In this document: piece after piece, positions 45,652 through 53,843 of the stretch
Layout: every line of letters starts with the position of its first letter
How positions within the stretch are numbered: the first letter of the stretch is position 1
From: an uncultured Verrucomicrobiae bacterium
GTDB taxonomy: Bacteria > Verrucomicrobiota > Verrucomicrobiia > Opitutales > JABDGR01
DNA length: 64,000 nt
Direction: 5' to 3'
NCBI GenBank assembly: GCA_963765205.1
Contig: CAVXVB010000008.1
Span: 65,076-129,075 of the forward strand
Translations under genes and position numbers: made by a program
The notes under the pieces: model-generated
Told to the model about the DNA's origin: nothing
Seen by the model: the letters and a program-made list of their open reading frames with translations, nothing else
Database searches by the model: none

Positions 45652-45909
45652 ATGAGCATCACTGTCCCCCAATGGCTCCCACCACTACGCGAATTGCTAT
45701 CGGTGGTGTGTGCCCCACCCCCGGGCGCGCAGGGCTTAAGGCGATTAATGACCAGCTTGACCGAGGTCGAGACTCTACTGGCCCAAAATCGCGCGGAGAT
45801 GCCGTCGGAACTAGTCCATTTTCTCGAGCGCCGCAGTTATGACAAAGCCAGACAACTTTGCGCGGGCGACTTGGCCATACTGCGCGGGACTTGTGGTGCA
45901 AGACATTGA
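45652..45909 (+). CDS. hypothetical small protein
   Basis: 85-aa GC-typical ORF isolated between two AT-rich non-coding stretches. No clear RBS. Confidence 0.4.
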   Translation: MSITVPQWLPPLRELLSVVCAPPPGAQGLRRLMTSLTEVETLLAQNRAEMPSELVHFLERRSYDKARQLCAGDLAILRGTCGARH

Positions 45910-45961
45910 TTAATAAAAGCTTGTAAAATTATTGATCTGTTATTGACGCGTTTTGCGAAAT

Positions 45962-45981
45962 TGTGGATAACTTGTGGACAA
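45962..45981. promoter_or_regulatory. two adjacent DnaA-box-like sites
   Basis: tgtggataa at 45962-45970 is an exact reverse complement of TTATCCACA. tgtggacaa at 45973-45981 matches 8 of 9. The two starts are 11 bp apart, in AT-rich DNA. Confidence 0.35.
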
Positions 45982-46257
45982 GGCCATTTGAACGAATGAA
46001 TTAACATTCAACGCCGCCCTTTCACCCCTCGGTGTTAAACGAATTAAAGTTTTTCCGTTTTGGGGCGAGTAGCAGAAGCGCTCCTTCGGAGATCACGGTT
46101 GGCTGGGCCGGTCACCGATCTCTTTCCGAATTATTGTTCCTCCGTTACGCGGCGTAATCTTTTGCCAATCTACGATGCGCCGTTCACCGCGAAGCAAAAA
46201 ATGCCCGGAACTATTTTACTCTCCTTCGCCACCTAGACTTGCTAGAATCCCTGTTTT

Positions 46258-46839
46258 ATGCATAATAGCCTTCAGCCGACTGTTTCCCCCGCCTCTGCTG
46301 TTGCGCCGCTCATGAGCAAGTCCGTCCCAGCCAAAATTACCCTCGACCCGTCCTTCCTCAAGCGGCACGGCTTGTTCGCGGGCTTGGAGGAGGAGGATGT
46401 GACCGATCTGCCGGCGCTGTTCCGCATCGGGAACTTCCAACGTGGCGAACGCATCATCACCGAGGGTGAACGCGGCGGCGCCCTCTACGTCATTTATCAG
46501 GGCGGCGTGGACATCCTCAAGCAGATCGTCTCGCGCGAGGGCGAATCCCAAGAGAAAATCGCCTCGCTTCACGCGGGCGACACGTTTGGTGAAATGGAGT
46601 TGCTGGACCAACAGCCGCGCTCCGCCACGGTCGTCGCCCACGCTAACACCGTCGTGCTGGCGCTTGATAATGTGGACCTGCACAAGCTCAACCTGCGCAA
46701 CACGCGCGTGTATGCGACCATGCTGCGCAACCTCGCCCGCGAAGTCAGCCGGCGCCTCCGCGCCACCGACCAGTATCTCGCCGTGTCGCTGTTCTCCATC
46801 CGCGAACAATCGCGCTTCCGGCTGTTTCCAAAGGAGTAA
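46258..46839 (+). CDS. cyclic nucleotide-binding domain protein
   Basis: cNMP-binding fold pattern: GERIITEGERGGALYVIYQGGVDI...GDTFGEMELLDQQPRSATVVA. Confidence 0.75.
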   Translation: MHNSLQPTVSPASAVAPLMSKSVPAKITLDPSFLKRHGLFAGLEEEDVTDLPALFRIGNFQRGERIITEGERGGALYVIYQGGVDILKQIVSREGESQEKIASLHAGDTFGEMELLDQQPRSATVVAHANTVVLALDNVDLHKLNLRNTRVYATMLRNLAREVSRRLRATDQYLAVSLFSIREQSRFRLFPKE

Positions 46840-47251
46840 AGCGGCGGGCGGGTTGTCGGACTAGGGCTTATCTTCAAACAGCCTTGCGGCCGCGCGTACC
46901 GAGGCGACAATCTTAGCCGTGGACTTCAGGACACTTTTTGCCATTTGCGTTTAGTTTTTCCACGTTAAGTTGCTACGAAATTATTCCCCGAATAGCGAGG
47001 CTTTATCAGCGCTTTCTCGGAAGTGTCGTGGTAACGAACGGCCACCACGAGGTTGTGCAGACACTGCTCGCCAACCTGACCGCCCATCCCATTCCACCCA
47101 CCGACCCTCTTGCCACACTCCCATCTCCAGCTTTCTTCTTTCAACCCCCATCTGACACTATCCCCCTCAATGCAATCGAACGTGTGGCACCACCGAACCG
47201 CGCTGCGGGCTTGCGCCGGGGGCGGCGGGGGTTTATCGTGCGCGGTTTACC

Positions 47252-48667
47252 ATGGATTTCGATCTCAAGGACATCGTCCACACGCGCCTGGGGGAAAACT
47301 ACGACCTGCACGAGCGGCACCTGAACCGCACACTGGTCAAGGTGCTGCGCACCATCGGGTTCGACAAGGTTTACGCGCGCGCCGAGGGGGCCTACCTTTA
47401 CGACATGGATGGGAAGGACTACCTCGACTTCCTGAGCGGCTACGGCGTTTACAACATCGGGCGCAACCACCCCGTGGTCAAGCAGGCCATCAAGGACGTG
47501 CTCGACCTGGATTTGCCCAACATGGTGCAGATGGATTGCGCGCTGCTTTCCGGCCTGCTGGGCGAGGCGCTGGCGAAGCACACCGGGCCGGGGCGCGACG
47601 CGTTCTTCTTCTGCAACAGTGGCGCGGAGGCCGTCGAGGGCGCGCTCAAGTTCGCCCGCTGCCACACCGGCCGCGCGCGCATCCTCGCCCTCGAAAACGC
47701 CTACCACGGGCTGACCTACGGCGCGCTGTCCATCACGGGCAACAAACATTTTCAAGAGGGGTTCGGGCCGTTCTTGCCGGGCGCGGAGCGCGTGCGCTTC
47801 AACGACCTCGACGACCTCGAAACGAAGTTGCGCGCGGGCGACGTGGCGGCGTTCATCGCCGAGCCGGTGCAGGGCAAGGGCGTCTTCATCCCGCGCGACG
47901 ATTTCCTGCCGCAGGCGCAGGCATTGTGCCGGCAATACGGCGCGCTCTTCATCTGTGACGAGGTGCAGACGGGCCTCGGCCGCACGGGCAAAATGTTCGC
48001 CTTCCAGCATTGGAACCTCGATCCCGACATCCTCACTATCGCGAAAACCTTGAGCGGCGGTTACGTGCCCGCCGCCGGCATCTGCACGCGCCGCGAGATT
48101 TATCAAAGCGTGTTCTCGCGCATGGACCGCTGCGTCGTCCACTCGAGCACTTTCGGGCGCAACAACCTGGCCATGGCCTGCGGGCTGGCGACGCTGCATG
48201 TGCTCGAAACGGAAGGCCTGGTCGAGAATTGCGCCCGGCGCGGCGAGCAGCTCCTGACCGCCGCGCGCGCCTTGCAGGCCAAGCACGAGTGGATCAAGGA
48301 AGTGCGCGGGAAAGGCCTGATGTTCGCCATCGAATTCCACGAGCCGAAATCGCTGATGTCGAAAATGGCCTGGAAGGCGCTGCACACGGTAGATCACGGG
48401 CTGTATGCGCAGATGATTGTCACCTCGCTCATACAAAAGCACCGCGTGCTGACGCACGTCGCGGCACACGGGCTGGACGTGGTAAAGGCACTTCCCCCGC
48501 TCGTGATTGGCGACGCGGAGATCACGCGCTTCATCGCCGGGCTGGACGAGGTGATCGGCGAATCCGGTTCGGTGACCGGCCCGCTGTGGCAATTCGGGGC
48601 GAGCCTGGTGAAGGCGTCGCTGGCGCAGAAAAACCCCCGCAACGACCACGCCGCGGTCAAAGTATAG
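47252..48667 (+). CDS. class III (omega) aminotransferase
   Basis: 471 aa. FFCNSGAEAVEGALK, DEVQTGLGRTGKMFA, PLP-Lys context TIAKTLSGG. Confidence 0.85.
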   Translation: MDFDLKDIVHTRLGENYDLHERHLNRTLVKVLRTIGFDKVYARAEGAYLYDMDGKDYLDFLSGYGVYNIGRNHPVVKQAIKDVLDLDLPNMVQMDCALLSGLLGEALAKHTGPGRDAFFFCNSGAEAVEGALKFARCHTGRARILALENAYHGLTYGALSITGNKHFQEGFGPFLPGAERVRFNDLDDLETKLRAGDVAAFIAEPVQGKGVFIPRDDFLPQAQALCRQYGALFICDEVQTGLGRTGKMFAFQHWNLDPDILTIAKTLSGGYVPAAGICTRREIYQSVFSRMDRCVVHSSTFGRNNLAMACGLATLHVLETEGLVENCARRGEQLLTAARALQAKHEWIKEVRGKGLMFAIEFHEPKSLMSKMAWKALHTVDHGLYAQMIVTSLIQKHRVLTHVAAHGLDVVKALPPLVIGDAEITRFIAGLDEVIGESGSVTGPLWQFGASLVKASLAQKNPRNDHAAVKV

Positions 48668-48681
48668 TATTATGAATTTTT

Positions 48682-48775
48682 AACCACGGAGAACACTGAG
48701 CACACGGAGAAGCTTGCCATTAAAAGACTGAAATTTTAAACGTTTCCTCCGTGTTCTCCGTGCCCTTCCGTGGTT
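48682..48775. repeat. stutter-word inverted repeat (aaccacggagaacac family)
   Basis: Left arm at 48682-48712, right arm at 48746-48775, with ends aaccacgg / ccgtggtt. Confidence 0.7.
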
Positions 48776-48793
48776 CAATAAAAAACAATTTTT

Positions 48794-49282
48794 ATGTCCG
48801 CCTCCATTCGTGTTGGCATTGGTTATGACATCCACCGCCTTGCCGCCGGGCGGAAACTGGTGTTGGGTGGCGTCGCCATCCCCTCCGAACTCGGCCTCGA
48901 CGGGCATTCCGACGCCGACGTGCTGACCCACGCGCTGGCGGACGCCGTGCTTGGCGCCATCGGCCTGGCCGACATCGGCCACTTTTTCCCGAATACCGAC
49001 CCGCGCTTCCGCGGGATGGATTCGCAGGAAATCCTGCGCCGCGCCGTCGCCGAGGCGTTGGCGCGCGGCTACCGCGTCGGCAACGTGGACATCGCGGTGC
49101 TCGCGGAACGGCCCCGGCTCGCGCCCCACATCCCCGCGATGAAGGCGCGCCTGGCGCAAACGCTCGGCGTCACGCCCGAGGACATTGGTTTGAAAGCCAC
49201 GACCAATGAAAGCTGCGACGCCATCGGCGCGGGCCAGGCCATCGCGGCCCACGCGGTGGCGTTGCTGGTGCGGGGGGAGTAG
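48794..49282 (+). CDS. ispF: 2-C-methyl-D-erythritol 2,4-cyclodiphosphate synthase
   Basis: IRVGIGYDIHRL...GHSDADVLTHAL... Confidence 0.9.
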   Translation: MSASIRVGIGYDIHRLAAGRKLVLGGVAIPSELGLDGHSDADVLTHALADAVLGAIGLADIGHFFPNTDPRFRGMDSQEILRRAVAEALARGYRVGNVDIAVLAERPRLAPHIPAMKARLAQTLGVTPEDIGLKATTNESCDAIGAGQAIAAHAVALLVRGE

Positions 49283-49407
49283 TTATTTGTTTTGGCCTGC
49301 AAAAGGGAGCTCCATGCGTTGCGTCCCTCCGTCTTGGTTTGGCGCTTGCGATTATCGCCAACATGGATTAAGTTAAACAACATTCGCGCAAGAAGTTTTG
49401 TCCCATT

Positions 49408-49659
49408 TTGGAACACCAACATGTCATGAGCACGCTCTTGTCCCGCATCACGATTGACCCGGAGGTCTGCCACGGCAAGCCCTGCATCCGCCATTTGCGG
49501 TATCCGGTCGAGTCGCTGTTGGAATACCTGGCGGCGGGGGACACCTTTGAAGACTTGCTGGGCGAATTTCCCGATCTGGAACGCGACGACTTGCGCGCCT
49601 GCCTCGAGTTTGCGACCCAATCCCTCAAGCTTAAAAGCCAGCATCTGGTGCTCGCGTGA
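49408..49659 (+). CDS. DUF433 family protein (putative antitoxin-like)
   Basis: ITIDPEVCHGKPCIRHLRYPVESLLEYLAAGDTFEDLLGEFPDLERDDL is a typical DUF433 sequence. Confidence 0.75.
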   Translation: MEHQHVMSTLLSRITIDPEVCHGKPCIRHLRYPVESLLEYLAAGDTFEDLLGEFPDLERDDLRACLEFATQSLKLKSQHLVLA

Positions 49660-50009
49660 AATTTCTGGTGGATGCGCACCTGCCTCCGGGCTTGTGCGCC
49701 CTGCTGCAAGCGGCGGGGCACGACGCCCTGCATACCAGCCAATTACCGGCGGGCAACCAAACCCCCGACAGTTCTCTGAACGAGCGATCCTTGCTTGAGC
49801 ACTGGGTCGTCATCACCAAGGACACGGATTTCTATTATTCGCACCTCCTGCAGGGAAAGCCATGGAAGCTGGTGCTGGTGCGCACGGGCAATATGCGCGC
49901 CCGGGAACTTAAATCGCTGTTTGGACGGCACCTGCCCGCCATTGTGACCGCCCTGGACAAGACTTCGTTGGTCGAACTCGACCGCCAGTCAGTACGAATG
50001 GTGAAATGA
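49656..50009 (+). CDS. DUF5615/PIN-like (Mut7-C-like) protein
   Basis: MKFLVDAHLPPGLCALLQAAGHDALH... with a 4-nt overlap with the DUF433 gene. This pairing is common. Confidence 0.7.
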   Translation: MKFLVDAHLPPGLCALLQAAGHDALHTSQLPAGNQTPDSSLNERSLLEHWVVITKDTDFYYSHLLQGKPWKLVLVRTGNMRARELKSLFGRHLPAIVTALDKTSLVELDRQSVRMVK

Positions 50010-50218
50010 CCTGGCCCCTGGCGGCGCATAAATCGAGGCTCGCCTGCGCGTTTATCAAGATGATTCGGAACCGCAACCAAGGGCAATTGCCTCTGGGGGG
50101 CGGCACCCCCCTGGGTGATGGTGGGATAACACCCCATAGCGGGGGCGGCGCGGTGTCGTTATACTGCTGGTCGCTTCTACCGCCCAAATCATCAACTCAC
50201 AACCCCTCCAGGATTCTT

Positions 50219-50281
50219 ATGATATTTCTCATCGCTGCCATCGCCGTCGCCGTCATCATCGTGGTTCTCGTCGTGAGGTAA
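50219..50281 (+). CDS. hydrophobic mini-protein P1 (20 aa)
   Basis: aggattctt-ATG. MIFLIAAIAVAVIIVVLVVR*. Confidence 0.5.
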   Translation: MIFLIAAIAVAVIIVVLVVR

Positions 50282-50339
50282 CCCCTTGCGCGCCGAAACC
50301 TTTCGGCGCCACCCTGAACCGCCGTGGGTAGGGATTTTT

Positions 50340-50402
50340 GTGATTTTCTTTATCGCTTTCGTGGCCGTCGTCGTCGCGGGGGCGGTCCTCATTTTGAGGT
50401 GA
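50340..50402 (+). CDS. hydrophobic mini-protein P2 (20 aa, GTG start)
   Basis: agggattttt-GTG. (M)IFFIAFVAVVVAGAVLILR*. Confidence 0.45.
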   Translation: MIFFIAFVAVVVAGAVLILR

Positions 50403-50542
50403 TTTTTCACCCAGCGTGCCCCCCCCATGGGGTGCGGTGGGTCAACACCCCCATAGCGCGGGCGCCATTGGAGCGCTATGTTGCTGAACATGTTCCATGA
50501 CTTGCAAACCCAACGCTAAACCCATCCGGGGAAAGGATTTTT

Positions 50543-50614
50543 ATGGTATATTTTATTGTAGTGGTCGCGCTCGTCGTGATTGCCACGGTGCTCGTGGTGA
50601 AGGCGGTACGGTGA
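50543..50614 (+). CDS. hydrophobic mini-protein P3 (23 aa)
   Basis: aaggattttt-ATG. MVYFIVVVALVVIATVLVVKAVR*. Confidence 0.5.
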   Translation: MVYFIVVVALVVIATVLVVKAVR

Positions 50615-50627
50615 ATTCTTTCTCCCT

Positions 50628-51077
50628 TCACGGGAGTTTGGCTTGGACGAGCTTGCTGACGGCGCCGAAATCGAGCAGCGCGGCCTCCGGGCGTTGCTTG
50701 AGCGCGCCGATGACCTTGCCCATGTCCTTCTTCGATTGCGCGCCGGTGGCGGCGATGACCTCGGCGACCAGCGCCTCGAGTTTGGCGGGATCAAAGGGCT
50801 TGGGCAGGTATTTTTCGAGGAGCGCGATTTCGGCGGTGTTGGCGGCCACGAGGTCGGCCCGGCCGCCTTTTTCGAATTCCGCGCGGGCGTCGGCAAGGTT
50901 TTTCACGGCTTTGCGCAGCGTCGTGGTCACGAGGGCATCGTCGATCGGTTTGTTGGCGTCCATCGCGGCGCGCTGGATGGCGGCATCGGCGGTGCGGAGG
51001 CTGAGCGTGGCGGCGGCATCGCGCGCCTTAAGGGCGGTCACAATGTCGGCGCGGAGGGTTTCGTAGGTGGTCGGCAT
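50628..51077 (-). CDS. GatB/YqeY domain protein
   Basis: MPTTYETLRADIVTALKARDAAATLSLR...LLEKYLP... is YqeY-like. Confidence 0.8.
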   Translation of the reverse strand: MPTTYETLRADIVTALKARDAAATLSLRTADAAIQRAAMDANKPIDDALVTTTLRKAVKNLADARAEFEKGGRADLVAANTAEIALLEKYLPKPFDPAKLEALVAEVIAATGAQSKKDMGKVIGALKQRPEAALLDFGAVSKLVQAKLP

Positions 51078-51475
51078 GGGGGGAGGGGAAAGTGTGGAGT
51101 GTGGAGTGTGAAGTATGGAGCGCGGAATGGGAAGTTTTTGAATCCGGGAAATAAATTATCTTGTTTTTGTTCAATGCTTTAAGACCAGCCCAACCTGCAT
51201 TTTACCCAGCCTATTTGACCACAAAGCTAACCTTGGTTTGAATATTCGGGGCAGGGCGAAAAAAATGTCGCCTTGGTGGAACTTTCCTTCCAAACGGGTG
51301 TTTAACTTGGCATCAGGGTGCAAGCCCTGACCAAGGAATACGGCAAATATAGCATAGCAACCAAGCAGCTAGGCAGTGACCCTTGAGCAAGGCCTGCCGT
51401 TTACAAGGCCGGTCGCCGGGGTAACCCGGGGCCGGCCTCTTGCTTGGCAGAAATCAGGAGTGGAGGCAAGCCTTC

Positions 51476-51925
51476 TCAAGAAGATTTCAATGTAAGGCCT
51501 AGAAAAATTTTATTGCCGAGTTCCAAATGCGTCCGCGCTTCACGAGTAATGCTCTCCAAATATAAAACAACCGCAGTCTTGGCGTTGGCAGTGACGTAGC
51601 CGGTAAAAAATCTGCTTGAACCCTTTTCAAGCCCGGAAAAGACTCCAAGTGATTTGCCGCTGGAAACCTTAACGCCGTCACTAATGATCGGGTCGCCAGC
51701 GGCGAGTCCCTTGCGTTCGGCTTCAATGCGGTGAGCATACAATCGTTCAACAACCTGATGAACATCTTTTTCAGAAAGATTCGCCTTGGCGAATTGCATA
51801 ACTGAAACGGAAAGCTGTCGTTGAAGGGCGGCTTCACGAAACACGATTAAATCGGGACGTGAATTCGCCAAACGTTCCCATTCGCCCGGTAATTCCAACG
51901 TAATGTCATGATCTTCGTAATACAT
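51476..51925 (-). CDS. hypothetical protein (AT-rich; DcrB/DUF1795-like pattern, weak)
   Basis: From the Met at 51923-51925: MYYEDHDITLELPGEWERL... The upstream part of the track ORF overlaps the thioesterase and is not coding-like. Confidence 0.5.
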   Translation of the reverse strand: MYYEDHDITLELPGEWERLANSRPDLIVFREAALQRQLSVSVMQFAKANLSEKDVHQVVERLYAHRIEAERKGLAAGDPIISDGVKVSSGKSLGVFSGLEKGSSRFFTGYVTANAKTAVVLYLESITREARTHLELGNKIFLGLTLKSS

Positions 51926-51959
51926 AAAGCGCGGGGGTTCGCAAAATTCCGTAAAATGC

Positions 51960-52469
51960 TCAGCGCTCAAGGCAAAACGCCGCGCCCGCGGCGACCCACG
52001 GCTCGTATTGGGCGCGGAATTCGGCGCTCCAGCCGGTGGGCTCGTGCGTTTGCAGGCCGAGTTTGCAGACCGTCCGCTCGCCGCGGGCATGCAGCGTTGC
52101 ACCATCGTCGCTGCGGAACTCAAAGCCGACCGTCAATCCCGCCTCGCGCAATTTGACGCCCCACAGGGCGACCAAGAACGGTGCCACCCCGCGCAAAGGC
52201 GCCAGGTAATCAATCTCGACGCGCGAAACCACCACATAGAGATCAGGATACTTCTCCGGGGAAAACTCCTTGGCGCCCATTAACTCGTCGAACAGCGCCT
52301 GTTGCGCACGCTCGACGAACTGAAGGTAGCGCGAATGGTGCAGCACCCACAGGGCGTCAATCTCGTAGAAATGCGCGCGCGTGCGGTAAACAAACAGCCC
52401 CGAGGGCGGATGCTGGTAGTCGGGCGGCATAGGGGGGTTAAGGTTGCCATCTGGATCGGGTGGACGCAA
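51960..52469 (-). CDS. 4HBT/YbgC-like acyl-CoA thioesterase
   Basis: Hotdog-fold pattern: YRTRAHFYEIDALWVLHHSRYLQFVE...VVSRVEIDYLAPL. Confidence 0.7.
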   Translation of the reverse strand: MRPPDPDGNLNPPMPPDYQHPPSGLFVYRTRAHFYEIDALWVLHHSRYLQFVERAQQALFDELMGAKEFSPEKYPDLYVVVSRVEIDYLAPLRGVAPFLVALWGVKLREAGLTVGFEFRSDDGATLHARGERTVCKLGLQTHEPTGWSAEFRAQYEPWVAAGAAFCLER

Positions 52470-52480
52470 ACCATTATCGA

Positions 52481-52614
52481 ATTCCTGAATGCTGAGTTCT
52501 ACATGCTGAATGCTGAGTTCCGAATGCTGAACGGCGTCGCCAACTGTGGTGTCGAATTATCACCGAGAATCGGTATCCTCCCATTCAGCAATCAGAATTC
52601 AGCATTCAGAAATT
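52481..52614. repeat. stutter-word inverted repeat (gaatgctgaatgctgag family)
   Basis: Left words at 52481-52532, right arm cattcagcaatcagaattcagcattcagaaatt at 52582-52614, in a divergent intergenic region. Confidence 0.65.
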
Positions 52615-52620
52615 AGCCCC

Positions 52621-53169
52621 ATGCCGCCCGACCGCCATTTGCTTGTGGATGCCTACAACGTGATCCATGCCTGGCCCGAGCTGAAAGCCGCGCTCGCCAA
52701 GCATGGCCCGGACGCCGCGCGCACGCAGCTCGCGACCCTTCTGCGTCCCATCCACGATCTTGAAGGCTGGCGCGTAACGATGGTCTTCGACGGCAATGGC
52801 GATGAGATCCGCGTCGAGCGGCCGGGGCGGGAACTGACCTTTTCCTACGCCTTCGGCCCGCGCGGTCTGAGCGCGGACGGCGTCATCGAGCAACTGGTCG
52901 CCAACGCCACGCTGCCGCCCGCCGAAGACCGCCGGCCGCGCAAGAAAAATCGCGAGCCGCCCGAAATTGTCGTCGCCACGCGCGATAATCTACTGAGCGA
53001 CGCCACCGCGGCGTGCGGCGCACGGTTGATGACGCCCGCGCTCCTGCGCGACTGGGTCGAAGCGGCGGCCGCCCGGCAGACGCGCGAGGTGCTCACCAAA
53101 TCGCGCCGCGCGGCGGCGGCATGGAAGGCCGACGCATCGCCATGGGACAAATTAAAGCCGCCGACCTAG
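52621..53169 (+). CDS. NYN-domain (YacP-like) RNA-binding/nuclease protein
   Basis: From the Met at 52621: MPPDRHLLVDAYNVIHAWPELK...VFDG... Confidence 0.7.
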   Translation: MPPDRHLLVDAYNVIHAWPELKAALAKHGPDAARTQLATLLRPIHDLEGWRVTMVFDGNGDEIRVERPGRELTFSYAFGPRGLSADGVIEQLVANATLPPAEDRRPRKKNREPPEIVVATRDNLLSDATAACGARLMTPALLRDWVEAAAARQTREVLTKSRRAAAAWKADASPWDKLKPPT

Positions 53170-53173
53170 AAAC

Positions 53174-53271
53174 TTAACCACAGAGAACACGGAGGACACG
53201 GAGAAGGATGCTGCTGCATTTCATGTTTCTGATTAAATTCCCTCCGTGTGCCCTGTGTTCTCCGTGGTTAA
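53174..53271. repeat. stutter-word inverted repeat (aaccacagagaacacggag family)
   Basis: Left arm at 53174-53207, right arm at 53240-53271, with ends ttaaccac / gtggttaa. Confidence 0.7.
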
Positions 53272-53381
53272 AACACCGGCTGCCGCTCCTGACCTGCGAC
53301 CGCAAAATCCACCAACTCACCGGGGTGCCGGGTTTGCACCCGATTTGGTAAATGGCCGTTGGGGGCCGCGTGGCGGGCGAC

Positions 53382-53813
53382 CTATTCGCCGTGGGACAAG
53401 CTGCCGCCATCACTATAGTTGGCCGGTGGGTTCATTTTTTCCTTAAATTGTTGCTTGTATTTCCGTCTTTCGCCGCGGGAAAATAGTATAAAAACATACA
53501 TGCTGAAAAAGGCACACCCCAACCAAAGGTGAAAGTCGTGCAAAAACCTGTATGATTCAGTTTGCGCGAAGTGATCTTGCGCGAGGCCAAACAACGCCCA
53601 TAGCAAAATCAATAAGCAACAAAGCCGATTGGCAATTACGTACCACGGTGGTTCAATTTTCCCATAAACTTTTAATATTCGATTAACGATTTTTGACCAT
53701 GGCGGTTCGTTCTTGCCGTAACGAACAAGGAGCGCACACAGAGATACCGGCACTGCAACGATGAAGCAGCCATGGACAAAAACATGGAAGTAATATAGTG
53801 CGGTCTGCACCAT
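53382..53813 (-). CDS. hypothetical membrane protein (AT-rich)
   Basis: 143 aa with 3-4 TM segments. Internal repeat YGKNEPPWSKIVNRIL / YGKIEPPWYVIANRL. Confidence 0.55.
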   Translation of the reverse strand: MVQTALYYFHVFVHGCFIVAVPVSLCALLVRYGKNEPPWSKIVNRILKVYGKIEPPWYVIANRLCCLLILLWALFGLAQDHFAQTESYRFLHDFHLWLGCAFFSMYVFILFSRGERRKYKQQFKEKMNPPANYSDGGSLSHGE

Positions 53814-53843
53814 GGGAAAGCAGGTTTAATTCAAATTTTCCTC

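Noticed and set aside
46861-46944. 27-aa minus-strand ORF MAKSVLKSTAKIVASVRAAARLFEDKP, convergent with the cNMP-binding gene.
   Set aside because: It has no convincing RBS, no recognisable family and a length within chance expectation. It is kept only as a note.
50006-50281. The 91-aa track ORF that contains mini-ORF P1 at its end.
   Set aside because: The upstream 70 codons are Gly/Pro-rich, cover the conserved non-coding leader and hairpin, and have no RBS. The AGGA-spaced ATG at 50219 is the credible start.
51240-51330. SRP-RNA-like strings (GGAAGGAAAG...AAGGCGA on the minus strand; AGCAGCtAGGCAG on the plus strand).
   Set aside because: I could not build the helix-8 pairing or the GNRA-closed stem around them, so the resemblance is limited to short purine-rich strings.
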